Made by a program: the position numbers and the translations under genes
The notes under the pieces: model-generated
What the model was told of the DNA's origin: nothing
What the model saw: the letters and a program-made list of their open reading frames with translations, nothing else
Databases searched by the model: none
In this document: positions 29,136 through 43,248 of the stretch, piece after piece
Layout of the letters: each line of letters starts with the position of its first letter
Numbering within the stretch: position 1 is the stretch's first letter
NCBI GenBank assembly: GCA_951406725.2
Contig: OX597833.1
Location: forward strand, 65,658,001-65,722,000
From: Octopus vulgaris
Taxonomy: Eukaryota
DNA length: 64,000 nucleotides
Reading direction: 5' to 3'

Positions 29136-30167
29136 AATATTATATATATCATTGACATAAGTGTTACGACGACTGAGTCATTGGTCCTCTCCAGAAAGCT
29201 ATCCCAGAGCGATCTACATATAAATTGAACATTTGGAAAAGTTTAAGCATCTCGGGGCCGTATTTAGGAATGATAGTTAAAGATAAGTTTTGATTTATCG
29301 ACCTCTGAAGGATTAAAAGTAAAGTTGATCTTGGCAGAATTTGAACACAGAAAACAAAGAGTCGAAACATACGCCACTAATGTTATTTTCTCCGTCGTTC
29401 TATCGACTGTTCGTTAATATCAAGTGAGTATTCTTCGATACTTCTCGATTGTTGCCGACTTATTCAGGTCTGCCATGAGCACAAGGATTCTTAAGGCTGA
29501 GAACTAATCCCGGTTTCGCTCCATGTCAATGACAGAGTCTTATCGAGATGCCATTCCGTCGCAGAGTTAACTTCCCGGGTATTGTTGGAACTTAGCTATG
29601 GCTGAGTGGACTGGAGCAACGTGAAATAAAGTATACAACGCACTTCCCAGTTCGGGAATCGAAACATGATCGCATGATGGTGAGTGGAACCCTCTAACTG
29701 CTATGCCACGCACACTTCACAGTGCCACGCTGTTGAAGTGTCTAGTTCTAGAGTCTAGAAAATAATTCCAGGCAGCAATTTATATCTTCATTATCACCAG
29801 TCATCCATCAATCATCATATTCTCTTTAACTAACGTGTTAAGAAAAACACAAAAAAAAAAACAAACAAGAGAAAGAAAATGAAAGACAAAACAAAACAAT
29901 ATACAACAGCAACATGAAGCTCGTTTTTACGAGTCAAGAAAAACCAAAGCATCCCATCAATCATATGTTACACGACCAACCGGTTTCTTCATGATATATC
30001 ATCAATTAAGAATTATATTTTATTAAATTTTAAGACAGATCAACGTACTTTGAAATTTTTAATCATGCTTTTTTTGATTTTTATTTTCATGTTTCGATCT
30101 TTTAAAAAGCTGTGAGTTGGAAGAATAGTTAAAGCGTTTGAAAAAAATGCCTTGTGGTAATCCCTCC

Positions 30168-30400
30168 AGCGGCGAGCTGGCAGAAACGTTGGCACGTCGG
30201 GCGAAATGCTTAGCGGTATTTCGTCTGCCGTTACGTTGTGAGTTTCAAATTCCGCCGAGGTCGACTTTGCCTTTCATCCTTTCGGGGTCGATAAAAGTAA
30301 GTACCAGTTACGCACTGGGGTCGATGTAATCGACTTAATACCTATGTCTGTGCTTGTTTGTCCCCTCTATGTTTAGTCCCTTGTGGGTAATAAAGAAATA
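30168..30400 (+). mobile_element. SINE family B inserted in an older B-like copy, with target-site duplication
   Basis: GGTAATCCCTCC (30156-30167) / GGTATTCCCTCC (30401-30412). Confidence 0.85.
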
Positions 30401-30717
30401 GGTATTCCCTCCTGCTTTTTATACGCCCGGAATTTAAATCCTGCTCTTGTCAACCCTTACCTTTCATCCGTTCCAGATGATGTAGTGGGATCCAAGTTAT
30501 TAATTGACGGCCAGCTCCCTTACCCTTTCAAGTTGCTGGCCCAGAACCTAAATTAGAAACAACTGCAAATTCCGCAGGTATCGACTTTGCCTTTCGACCT
30601 GTAGTGATCGATAAAATTAGTACCAGTTGATCTCTGCGGTCGATGGATTCAAACTGCCTTCTCCTCCTAAACTGCTGACCTTGTGCTGAAATTGGAAGTC
30701 ATTATTATTATTATAAA

Positions 30718-31398
<681 letters not shown>

Positions 31399-31399
31399 A

Positions 31400-31570
31400 T
31401 GTGCCCAAGAAGCGAATAGAAAGAATAATTGAATACCAGATATCACGATACATGACACGGAAAAAAACGATAATGGCACATGACAGACGTTGTAATTCCT
31501 TTAGGCGAAAAGCATCACAGAAAGAGACATAAGAAAGACATTAAACCACGCTAAATTAAACGTAAAACAA
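31400..31570 (+). mobile_element. Degenerate R4/Dong-like REL fragment
   Basis: PDITIHDTEK..TDVVIP; shares ATGACACGGAAAAAAA with 35390. Confidence 0.55.
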
Positions 31571-31675
31571 AAGAAAATATCATCGATGTATATATATATT
31601 GTCAGCAACAAGTGTGAAACACGAACCAGTTTCAAAGACGGAACAAGGTCAATCCTCTACGATATATCGTATCAT

Positions 31676-31895
31676 AAAGGCGGCGAGTTGGCAGAAACGT
31701 TAGCACGCCGGGCGAAATGCGTAGCCGTATTTCGTCTGCTGTTACGTTCTGAGTTCAAATTCCGCCGAGGTCGACATTGCCTTTCATCCTTTCGGGGTCG
31801 ATAAATTAAGTACCAGTTATGCACTATGGTCGACGTAATCGACTTAATCCGTTTGTCCTCTCTATTTTGAGCTCCTTGTGGGTAGTAAAGAAATA
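31676..31895 (+). mobile_element. SINE family B with 15-bp TSD
   Basis: GATATATCGTATCAT (31661-31675) / GATATATAGTATCAT (31896-31910). Confidence 0.9.
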
Positions 31896-32326
31896 GATAT
31901 ATAGTATCATTTGGAACGCAAAGACGTGAAGATAGACCTGTGAGAGAATTAAAAGTCTGCTCTTTGCGGAACAGCTTCTTAGAAATAATTCAATGTAGCA
32001 TATTTGATTTATATGCGCCGTTGCGAGACAAGTTACGACGGAATTTATCCTGAGATAACATCTGATTTTGCTACGAGGGCAATAATTTCGAAGGAATAAT
32101 AATGGTTAGTGGATACCATCGAAGGAAGAAGAAGTGATTGGTATGTTAACTGGTGCTCTGTGGTGTCGTCCCCGAGTGGATGAGGGTTAAATGCGACCTC
32201 GACGAGGTTTGAACGCCAAACGTAAACAAAGGGGTAAAATGATTACTTCGTGGAATTTTCCAACTGTTTCCGCCAGAACGTCGCTGTGTATTCAATGATA
32301 ACAACAACAACAACAACAACAACAAC

Positions 32327-32387
<61 letters not shown>

Positions 32388-32390
<3 letters not shown>

Positions 32391-32945
32391 GCCCTGATGC
32401 AGTACCAGGCAGTGGCTCTCATGGCTTCTGATCTTAACTGATTGGAAGTGTTATCATGTACATTGTTTTGTCTTGGTATAAAAGATGGGCTACAGCAAAT
32501 ATTCTGCTCAATACCACAGATTTACTTGTCAGTTGTTTGACCTTAACCAGTTGAGCATGTCCCTTAGTGGCTGACGATATGTGCATCTCTGATCACGAGC
32601 AGAAGTAGTGGGGGAGCATCATAGCCATGTGCTGAGAGGGATTCTTTGGGGTTTGAATAATTCACCTCTGGAAACATGGGTGGTTCTTTCAACATCCTTA
32701 AACAACCCTTATTCAGGGACCTTTTGAGCGGGATGGGCTACTCAACCTGAAGAAAATTCTAACTGGGCCCCACCTGCAAGGTCATGTGCTGTTTATCTTG
32801 ATATGAGATCACCATGTCGCGCACATATGGTTGTGATGCATGTGCCTGGTGTACCTTTATCAAACGGGTAGTCATGATGGGTATATTGGGCTTCGTATAT
32901 TTTACCCCAGTGTCACTTTGATGGCATGCACTACTCTCTCACTCA
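32388..32945. mobile_element. ~560-bp non-coding insert between two (AAT)n tracts, family unknown
   Basis: Sharp boundaries with (AAT)n on both sides, higher GC than the surroundings, no convincing ORF, TIR or Pol III boxes. Confidence 0.55.
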
Positions 32946-32972
32946 ATAATAATAATAATAATAATAATGACG

Positions 32973-33045
<73 letters not shown>

Positions 33046-33048
33046 TAA

Positions 33049-33146
<98 letters not shown>

Positions 33147-33157
33147 CGATAATAATG

Positions 33158-33528
33158 ACAATTGATATATCAATACCAACAGATGACAACGTGTCTCTAA
33201 AAGAAATGGAGAAACTTTTAAAATACAAAGACCTGGAAATAGAGGTAACCAGAATGTGGAATCTAAAAACAGAAACAATTCCTATCATAGTAGGTGCATT
33301 AGGCATGATAAAAAAATATTCAGACAAATACATAACAAAAACACCAGGACTTACAAACACATATAACATACAGAAAATTGCACTACTACGCACTGCACAC
33401 ATCCTACGCAGAACACTTTCCATACAATAACGATCAGAGCATCACAACAAATCACAGCACATACCCAAGGCACACAGAGCTCCGTTCGGTAGTGCAAGGA
33501 AAGCACGCTATAAAAATACGATTACTAA
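33158..33528 (+). mobile_element. 5'-truncated R4/Dong-like element (REL C-terminus plus 3' UTR) in (AAT)n
   Basis: IDISIPTDDNVSLKEMEKLLKYKDLEIEVTRMWNLKTETIPIIVGALG..IQKIALLRTAHILRRTL*, then a ~100-nt UTR and TAATAATAA. Confidence 0.9.
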
Positions 33529-33538
33529 ATAATAATAA

Positions 33539-33569
<31 letters not shown>

Positions 33570-33806
33570 AAGAAGAAGAAGAAGAAGAAGAAAAAGAAAA
33601 AGGAAAAAGAAGAAGAAGAAGAAGAAGAAGAAGAAGAAGAAAAGGAAAAAGAAGAAGAAGAAGAAGAAGAAGAAGAAGAAGAAGAAGAAGAAAAGAAGAA
33701 GAAGAAGAAGAAGAAGAAGAAGAAGAAGAAGAAAAAGAAAAAGAAAAAGAAGAAGAAGAAGAAGAAGAAGAAGAAGAAGAAGAAGAAGAAGAAGAAGAAG
33801 AAGAAA
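33528..33806. repeat. (AAT)n-(AAG)n microsatellite
   Basis: Directly visible. Confidence 0.95.
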
Positions 33807-34075
33807 CAGAAGTCGGAGTATTGGTTTGGTATCCAGCTCGCTTAAATAATTTTGGAGGAGTGGGGGTAGATGGCCCTGTTAGTGTTTTGAGCAAACTCCT
33901 CCAAAGATGGTGTCTGTCTATAATCTTACTAATGTTCTGTATTTTCTTTTATCCTTTTATTCTTCAAGCCCAAGGCTGTGGCCATTCGCGCATACATATA
34001 TACATACATACATATATATAATGCGTATGTATGTACATATACGTATATATATATATATATATATATATCTTTTTT

Positions 34076-34404
34076 CTGACCCCCTTCGGTCATGAATGAC
34101 CATGGGATTGCACCTAGAAAGTTACCCTCCTAGACACAAGTCCGGGCAAGGTTGTTTATGGAAGACCAGCAGTCGCCCATGCATACCAGCCTTCCCTCTC
34201 CACGCCACCAGTGTTATCCAAGGGAAAGACAAAGGTCGATACAGCTTGGCACCAGTGACGTCGCAACTTGTTTCTACAGCTGAGTGAACTGGAGCAACGT
34301 GAAATAAAGTGCCTTGCTCAAGAACACAACACGCAGCCCGGTCCGGGATTCGAGCTCACAACCTCACGATCGTAAGCTCGACGCTCTAACCACTGAGCCA
34401 TGCG

Positions 34405-34407
<3 letters not shown>
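34076..34407 (-). mobile_element. tRNA-derived SINE (D-type head and body, different 3' tail)
   Basis: Minus strand GGCGCATGGCTCAGTGGTTAGAGCG..GTGTTCTTGAGCAAGGCACTTTATTTCACGTTGCTCCAGTTCACTCAGCTG, then a tail unrelated to the 43249 copies. Confidence 0.85.
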
Positions 34408-34456
<49 letters not shown>

Positions 34457-34483
34457 GTATCTATATATATATATATATGTATC

Positions 34484-34520
<37 letters not shown>

Positions 34521-34556
34521 GTAGTAGTAGTAGTAGTAGTAGCAGCAGCAGCAGCT

Positions 34557-34604
<48 letters not shown>

Positions 34605-34859
34605 AATACAAATTAATATTCAGTACTATTTAATCTTTAAAATTTTATGTTTTTTTTTGTTGGTGTTTCTATTATTTGTACTCTTCTCCTTACATTTGCA
34701 TTTCACTTATCCACGAAGTCATTTTTAACTTTCCTACCACACATATGTGTACAAAAAACACTTTCTTTTCTAATTCTTATATGACGTATCCACCATTTTG
34801 TTTCCCCTTTCCTTTTTTTCTTTTTGTTTTTGCATAACCGCATGCTTTTGTGATAGATT

Positions 34860-34995
34860 GTAATACTGAATATTCAATGCAGAAAGTATCAGAGTTGGTA
34901 GGAAGTGTTTCATTACTTAGCTTCTCTTGCCTTCAGTCATAGGTGATGAATCGGCGAGCAATTGTACAAAATAACTGAAGACAGAAAAAAAAAAT
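34860..34995 (+). mobile_element. Degenerate R4/Dong-like 3' end followed by (AAT)n
   Basis: TTCTCTTGCC..TCGGCGAGCAATTG..AAGACAGAAAAAAA resembles the 3' ends at 20762 and 42985. Confidence 0.45.
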
Positions 34996-35087
34996 AAAAT
35001 AATAATAATAATAATAACAACAACAACAACAACAATAATAATAACAACAATAACAGCAATAACAACAATAACAACAACATCAACAAC

Positions 35088-35128
<41 letters not shown>

Positions 35129-35180
35129 TAATAATAACAATAACAATAATAACAACAACAACAACAGCAACAACAACAAC

Positions 35181-35250
<70 letters not shown>

Positions 35251-35254
35251 TTAA

Positions 35255-35329
<75 letters not shown>

Positions 35330-35330
<1 letters not shown>

Positions 35331-35580
35331 GCACGTCTTGACATGAAAACACAGAATAATAGAACGCCGTAGACCAGATATTATTATATATGACACGGAA
35401 AAAAATCTTTCATAGCAGGCGTTACAAATTATCCTCCAGGCAAACACATTACAGATGAAGTGTTAGGGGAAAAATCTCGACATATGCTTAAATTAAATGT
35501 AGAAAGTATGAGGAATTTGTGGATAGCCTGCAGCAAAAGTGAATGATGCACCAGCTATCATTGGAGCATTGCTTTCAAGT
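35330..35580 (+). mobile_element. Degenerate R4/Dong-like REL fragment after (AAT)n
   Basis: RIIERRRPDIIIYDTEKN ... APAIIGAL. Confidence 0.7.
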
Positions 35581-35809
35581 TAGCAAGAAAAGAAAAAACA
35601 AGTTACTTACCACCTGGAAGGTTTCGATGTCTAGACGGATATGCAAATACCCCTATATATATTCACTGCTTAGAATATCTTATCTTCTGAGGCATATTTT
35701 AAAATTACTTGGCATTTAGTATCAACGAGAAAAGGAAAAGTGTTCTATGTATATATTGATAAGGTGAAATGAGGTAGTAAGTACAATAATAATAACAACG
35801 ATAGTGATT

Positions 35810-36200
35810 CTTGTATTTCGGGACGGTCATCGTTTTTTTTTTCTGCCAAATAAACACACGCACTGTTTATTCGTTCTTCACTCGTTTATTACTGTTCCTA
35901 TTCTAACTCCGGTCCATTATCCGGAAATCTTTCGTTACACATCTGTGACCTCCTCAACAACATTTTTCGTCTTCGTGTGTGCTCTTGATTTGCAGAATGG
36001 AATAAGCAGAGCAAGAGCACGCATGTAGAGGAAAAGTGTCGCTGAAGAGGTCACAGATGTGTGACGAAAAATTTCCGGACAATGGACATGAGTTCGAATA
36101 TAAAAAGTAATAAACGAGTGAAGAACGAATAATAGTGCGTGTATTAATATAGCAACAAAAAATTGGCATTCCGATGTACAACAATATTTGTTTCAACACA
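35810..36200. mobile_element. Fold-back element with ~160-bp inverted arms, each with a hammerhead-like motif
   Basis: 35810-35968 is the diverged reverse complement of 36030-36185. The plus arm has TGTCG-CTGAAGAG-GTCACA-GATG-TGTGAC-GA-AAAATTTC-CGGACA. Confidence 0.75.
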
Positions 36201-36534
36201 CGGCTTCACATAAGGAATCTTGCAACACAAATTTATAAACATAACTACTGTAATGCTTTTATCTTTTTGTAATGTTGCAACCACTGTCCCGGGAGCAGTG
36301 ATACAGGGTCTCCACTTGCAGTATTAGTTATACCTTTTTTGTGGGGGAGTTTCAATGAAAACGCTTTGAACATCTTGCATTGGATATGGGTTTGCACCCC
36401 TTAAGTTATTTTCGTCACCGTACTTGTACCAAATTACCACAAGGCAAGGCGATTTTGAAGAGAGGTGCAAGCTGATTACATCGATTCCATTAACTAAAGC
36501 TTGCTCTCTTTTATCATAGTTTCGGAAATGGGGG

Positions 36535-36730
36535 AACCATCCAGACATATTGGAAAGTGGAAAACAAAAACACAAGGACAATGCTAGACACTGGAATCGC
36601 GTTTGATAAAAATATTGTCCGAAAACAAGTAAGAAAGCTATCAAAATAGAAGGACATTGAAACTGAAGCATCCAAGATGGTGGTGACGTGGACAAGAATG
36701 ATACCAGTTGCAACTGGAACATTTGGCTAT
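36535..36730 (+). mobile_element. Degenerate R4/Dong-like REL fragment
   Basis: HPDIL/ENKNTRTMLDTGIAFDKNIVRKQVRKLSK*KDIETEASKM..MIPVATGTFG aligns by eye with 33158-33300. Confidence 0.65.
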
Positions 36731-36849
36731 GCTCCCCGCTCAAAAGAATTGGCCGTATGCCAAAATTTCAAACTAAATATTACGTTGTGAGTTCAAATTC
36801 CACCGAGGTCGACTTTGCATTTCATTCTTCAAAATTACTACTGCCACTG

Positions 36850-36850
36850 C

Positions 36851-36892
<42 letters not shown>

Positions 36893-37045
36893 CAGCAGCA
36901 GCAGCAGCAGCAGAAACAGTAGTAGTAGTGGTAGAAGTGGCAGCAGCAGCAGCAGACGCAGTAGTAGCAGACGCAGTAGTAGCAGACGCAGTAGTACTAG
37001 TAGTGGTAGCAACAGCAGCAATAGCAGCAGCAGCAGCAGCAGCAT

Positions 37046-37108
<63 letters not shown>

Positions 37109-37213
37109 AAGCAGCAGCAGTAGCAGCAACAGTAGTAGTAGTAGTAGTAGTATCAGAAGTAGTAGTACTTAGTAGTGGCAGCAACAGCAGCAGCAGCAGC
37201 AGCAGCCGCAGCG

Positions 37214-37295
<82 letters not shown>

Positions 37296-37305
37296 CAGCA
37301 GCAGC
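36850..37305. repeat. (AGT)n/(AGC)n compound microsatellite
   Basis: Directly visible. Confidence 0.95.
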
Positions 37306-37714
37306 GTACCGTATTCTTCATACCGTCGTATGAAGAATAACGTGTTACCAATAAACTGTTGCGCGCGCTCGGTTCCAAAACAAGTATCGTTCGGAATCAC
37401 ATTTATAATTTTACATTTCTTTTCAAATTTCATGCTATTTACCCAATATAATGAAAATGAATTTGGTTTTTCGAAATAACAATATTAATCTTACATTTAA
37501 ATTAAATTAAATTAAATCAAATCGTATTAAACTAACGTTTTATTTGTATATTCGCAATAAATTTGTTATGAATAAATAAATGCAATATTAATGTTTATTT
37601 ATTGCAGACATTATAATATTAGGTAAAATTGGTAAACTACTAAACACTAACAGCACTACCTCCCACCATTACCCTTCAAACAGCAGGTAATATTGCTAAT
37701 ATATATGTACATAT

Positions 37715-37794
<80 letters not shown>

Positions 37795-38388
37795 GTATGT
37801 ATGTATGTATATATGGGTACAGGACGTCACCAACAGTAAACAACATGAAATACGAAAACAAATGAGTCGAATACGCAAATAACGAGAGAGAAAAATGGAA
37901 AACAGGACCAGTAATACAAAGAATGCTAAGAACGACCCTTCATCAGTTGTCGGCTTTCTATCTACTCCACATTTCGAGAAATCAACAACAATATGAGTCT
38001 TCGAAGATAGTTTCTCTCATAAGTACCAAAATACAATTTTGGATTGATGGAGGGTCAAATTTGGGAACAAAAGGAGCACAGTGGAGATATACAAGGATAC
38101 CGAACGAAAACAAACATGGAGGGTCGTTAGACCTGAACAAGAGGACAATAGCGAATGCTGGGAGAAATATTTTCTTTGAAAAGAGAAAAGATTGTAGAGA
38201 GAGATAGGATGCGTCCAGTCCTTAGAACATATTTGGTGTGTATGTATGTATGTATATTGAGTAAGGTGAAATAAAGAATAATAATACAGCATTTTGCTAC
38301 AGAACAAAACGTTTTGTTCACTCCAGACCCGGAATACATGTTGCTTCGCTGAAAACTCAAACTAACAGACAACGCCCCTTCACGTGCA

Positions 38389-38743
38389 GTCGGTTACGAC
38401 GACGAGAGTTCCAGTTGATCCGATCAACGGAACAGCCTGCTCGTGAAATTAATGTGCAAGTGGCTGAGCCCTCCGCAGACACGTGTACCTTTAACGTAGT
38501 TCTCGGGGAGATTCAGCGTGACACAGCGTGTGACAAGGCTGGCCCTTTGGAATGCAGGTACTACAGAAACAAGAAGAAAGAATGAGGGAAAGTTGTGGTG
38601 AAAGAGTACAGCAGGGTTTGCTACCACCCCTGCTTCAACCTCGTGGAGCTTTAGGTGTTTTCGCTCAATAAACATTCACAACATCCGGTCAGGAAATTAC
38701 AGCCGCGAGTCCGCGGCTCTAACCACTGAGCCATTGCGCCTCC
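38389..38743 (-). mobile_element. SINE family C
   Basis: Collinear with the 9722 and 50867 copies; TCACGTGCAGT/TCGCGTGCAGT flanks look like a TSD. Confidence 0.9.
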
Positions 38744-39221
38744 ACGTCGCGTGCAGTACGTCTATGTGCAAATCTAATGTAAATAATAAAGAATGTAAAA
38801 GTAATAAAAAATGGCTGTAATTTAGTATTGTGACAGTTTAATATCAGAACCTGCTGATATGTAAATATGGCGTTTCATCCTGTTTAAGATATGAAACAGC
38901 AATAAACTTGTCAAAACATTCGATGATTTAGATTTTTTTTTATATTCAGTTATAAATGAAATTGTGTTATAAATGTGTGGGTAGGATCTATGCCAAATTC
39001 TTGGTAGCATTTACTTGGCATCGAACTGTCTTCTTACATTCTAAAATGCATCAAACATTCTTTTAGAGTATATATGGAACATATGCATGAGTATGTGTGT
39101 GTATGTGTGTATGCATGTATATATATATACTGTCACGTTCTTGTTAGATTGACAGTATACAACCATTCTATCGCCCCACCACCGTACATATCTCTACGAG
39201 AGATTTAGAAATTCAATATTT

Positions 39222-39262
<41 letters not shown>

Positions 39263-39589
39263 ATGTGTGTGTGTGTGTGTGTATGTGTGTGTGTGTGTGC
39301 GTGCGTGAGTGTGTGTGTATGTGTCTGTGTGTGTCTGTGTGTGTATTTGCGTGTGTGTGTATATGTGTGGGTGCATATACGGGGTGTTCAGAAAGACTCT
39401 CCGCAGTAAGTATTTAATGGTTTTCGGTTGATTCTTGTACACTGATCTTTTACTTGCCGCCCACTCAGACATGAGACTGGCGGTGTTAAATCAGGTGATT
39501 TTGGTGGTCAAAGTCCCTTCGATGTAATCCGTTCACCGAAAACCTTCTTGTCATGCACACGTTCGATTCTACCTTCTCCAGTTAACGTC

Positions 39590-40568
39590 CTTAACGGGCA
39601 TTGGTGCATGGGTCAAGCGAAGGCTTAAGCTGGGAGACTGGCATTTGAAGTGCCGTCCGGCTCCAGCTACTCTCTCGGGCGGGAAATACCGGCAGCAGGA
39701 GTTCCACCGCGGATTTCTATAGCGGGTTAGTGGAATCTATGTCAGAAGATACCTTAGGGGAGACCCTTCGCTACGATGAAAATCTGTTGGTCAACTGTTC
39801 AGGAGACCATTCGAGCCGGGGTATCTGGATAATTACCAGAAATCCCTGGCAGTGCTTCCATGCGGCGCTACCTGTTCGTGACAATCTGTCAAGGCACGGA
39901 AGTGCCGTCTCGCCGACATGCCCGAGGTGTGGGCAGGATAGGAAAACCGTCTTGCACGCATTCGTGGAGTGTCCGGGTTATCGGGACTGATAGCTTTTGT
40001 CGAACAACTGTTGTCAGTGATGGGAAGAGTACAGCTATCAGCTGAGTCTATCATCGAGATTGTGCCACCTCCTTTCCTTAACAGGGAAAGGAAGGCTTGT
40101 TTTCTCTGCGTAGTAGCCATACTGAAAGAAACAGTATGGAAGACGTGTGTGAAAAGTAGAGTGACAGGTACCTTTGTCTCTGGCTAGGGGTTGATTAAAT
40201 TTTTTAGTTAACATCTTGGTAGTAAGATCAGGCTGGAGAAGAAGTCTCTGTCACGACATATGTTTGTAAAAAGATGGAAGCCTGCGGTGAGCAAGCTGGG
40301 TGTGATTGACATCCGGTAAGTGAGGTCGGGTTAAAAAGTAAAGGTTCAACCCAGATGGCCGGGTGCCTTTATTTCAACGCTCCTCATTGCGGAACGCAAT
40401 GACATATTCAAAATTTTAAATTTCTATTGCATATTTCATCGATTTATTTTTTCATCCAATTGATTTGACATTTTTAAAACGTAAAAGCTTCTTCACCGTT
40501 TATGTTTGTCTGTCCTTTTTTGTCCCCTCTCTGTAACGCCTGTATGGCAAATCTATATGAAATAAAGA
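39590..40568 (+). mobile_element. L1/Tx1-clade LINE 3' fragment
   Basis: WQCFHAALPVRDNL..CPRCGQDRKTVLHAFVECP (zf-RVT CCHC knuckle), continuing after a frameshift ..ILKETVWKT..FVKRW; T-rich UTR ending AATAAA. Confidence 0.85.
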
Positions 40569-40709
40569 AGTTTGCATCCCAACCACATAGTTCCGGGTTC
40601 AGTCCCACAGTGTGGCACCTTGCACAAGTGTCTGCTGCTATAGCCTAGGACCGACGAGAACCTTGTGAGTGGATTTGGTAGATGGAAATTGAAAGAAGCC
40701 CGTCGTATG

Positions 40710-40756
<47 letters not shown>

Positions 40757-40880
40757 ATGCGTGTGTGTGTGTGTGTGTGCATGTGTGTGTATGCGTGCGT
40801 GCGTGCGTGTGTGTTTGATCCCCCACCATCGCTTGACAACCGAACTTAGTGGTTCGGCGAAAGATATAGATAAAACAAGT
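40569..40880 (+). mobile_element. SINE family A, truncated
   Basis: CCGGGTTCAGTCCCAC..TGTGAGTGGATTTGGTAGA..internal TA/TG tract..GCTTGACAACCG. Confidence 0.85.
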
Positions 40881-40889
40881 ACAGCTGCT

Positions 40890-41100
40890 TCCTGAGTCAT
40901 ATAGACCCAGAAGGCCGCTTTCCTGGTTTCCATGGCGGGTATATTCCCCACCTGGACGGGACGCCAATCTGCCTCATAATAACTCACTTTTGCTTTCTGC
41001 GCGAATTTGATACAAAGTGAAATGAAGTGTTTTGCTCAAGAGGACAACGTATCACCCTATCCCGGAATCGAAACCACAACCTTACTATCCTGACTCCAAT
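40890..41100 (-). mobile_element. SINE family D-like degenerate copy
   Basis: TGGACGGGACGCCA..GTGAAATGAAGTGTTTTGCTCAAG..GGAATCGAAACCACAA is the reverse complement of family D. Confidence 0.7.
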
Positions 41101-41495
41101 ATACTACCTACATAACATGAAATAGTTTGTAGATGTAGCTTGCTTGAAAATAATAGGGGGTGGCCATGGCTGTTATAATTTGATCATTGTCTACTCGATC
41201 AAGGTTAAGTATGGTTTAACGAAGGTCAACAGGGAAATTTATCTTCTCTTAATCTCTGCATAACCGCTAGATGTCGCTGTAGAAAATGTCAACAGCTTCC
41301 ACTGTTCGTGACACACAGACAGACACGTCATAGATTTGTCTTTACTGAATAACTAACATGATGCCTTTGGGGAAGGAAAATGAAAGAGAGAAAACGAATG
41401 AGAGAGAGATGGAGAGAGAGAAGAGAACAAAGAAAGTATGATACCTACATACATACATACGCATACTTCTATATATATATGTGTGTGTATGTATA

Positions 41496-41542
<47 letters not shown>

Positions 41543-41893
41543 GTATATGTGTGTGCGAGCATAAATATGTATATACATGTGTGTATATATATCATGCTTA
41601 TACACATATAGATGTGTGTATTTGAGTACATTTGTATATATACTTACATATATATATATGTATGCATATACATATATACAAATGCGTATAAATATATAAA
41701 TATATATATATGTGTATATATACATATATATACATATATATACATATATATACATATATATAAATTTTGTATATGTATGTATGTATGTATATGCATATAT
41801 ACATACATAAATATATATGTATATATATACCGCGATTCGAAAAAGGAAATAGTGGAAGAGGATGAATAAGAGAGCAAGAGAGAGATAAAATAC

Positions 41894-41932
<39 letters not shown>

Positions 41933-42306
41933 GAGAGAGAGTTTGAAAGTCTATATTTGAGTGAAAGAGAGACAGAAGCAGAGACAGCGAGAGAGCGCCA
42001 GAGAAAGAGAGAGAGAAAGAGTGGAAAAATGACTGGCAGGCAAATTTAAGGAAATTATCAGAGGAATTCAATGTTTGACTAGATTTCCAGAAGTGCATCG
42101 AGCAATGAACGTAACAGGTTTGTTTGAAAGCACAAAGAAATGGAAGGAAATGACAAAAATCCTCTCACCGAATGCTACAGGTTACCAAAGCAAACGTAAC
42201 CTGTTGATCCTCTTCGGAATTTAATTTAATATTAATTTAATATCAGCGAGTGAAGAAGATATTCTCTGGCAAAGTGAAACAACCGTTTTTGGCAATGAAC
42301 ACCAGC

Positions 42307-42352
42307 ATTATTACTACTACTATTGTTATTATTGTTATTATTATTATTATCA

Positions 42353-42404
<52 letters not shown>

Positions 42405-42427
42405 TATTATTATTATTATTATTGTCA

Positions 42428-42476
<49 letters not shown>

Positions 42477-42526
42477 CATTGTTTTTATTATTATTATTAT
42501 TATTATTATCATTGTTATTATTATCA

Positions 42527-42575
<49 letters not shown>

Positions 42576-42766
42576 CATTATTATTATTATTGTTGTTATT
42601 ATTATCATTATTATTATCATTATTATTATTACTATCATTATTATTATTATTATCAGTGTTATTATTATCATCATCATTATTATTATTATTATTACTATCA
42701 TTATTATTATTATTATTATTATTATCATTGTTATTATCATTATTATTATTATCATCATCAATATTA

Positions 42767-42833
<67 letters not shown>

Positions 42834-42838
42834 CATCA

Positions 42839-42869
<31 letters not shown>

Positions 42870-42907
42870 CATCATTATTATTATTATTACTATCATTATT
42901 ATTATTA

Positions 42908-42957
<50 letters not shown>

Positions 42958-42960
42958 GCT
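42307..42960. repeat. (ATT)n microsatellite with ATC/GTT variants
   Basis: Directly visible. Confidence 0.95.
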
Positions 42961-42974
42961 GTTGTCGTTATTGT

Positions 42975-43085
42975 TTTCATTAGCATCTTTCAATTCTGTT
43001 TCCATTTCTTGTCGAGTGTCTTCTTGACACCTAGGGCAGAGATACTTACTGCATAGACTGGTAGGTCATTGAAATAAAACACACC
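42975..43085 (-). mobile_element. R4/Dong-like 3' end abutting (TAA)n
   Basis: TTCCATTTCTTGTCGAGTGTCTTCTTGACACCTAGGGCA..TGGTAGGTCATT is homologous to 20787-20860. Confidence 0.7.
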
Positions 43086-43248
43086 CAGATTGTTATGTAA
43101 TAGAGAAAAGTGAATCTCAGGAAGCATGGATGTTTTGAAGGATGCAGTGCTCTTTCAGGACATGTCGATGACAAAAAATCATGCTGACAAAAAAAAAGCA
43201 CAAGTGATGTAGGACTAAGCAACAACAAAATCAATACAGCATATAAAT

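Noticed and set aside
37935-38010. Hammerhead in the minus-strand CTCGAAATG..CTGATGAAGGG segment
   Set aside because: Core words are present, but stems cannot be closed in any topology. It may be a decayed PLE terminal repeat and is not called.
39378-39420. Possible Tc1/mariner TIR TA-CGGGGTGTTCAGAAAG
   Set aside because: No partner TIR or transposase sequence found.
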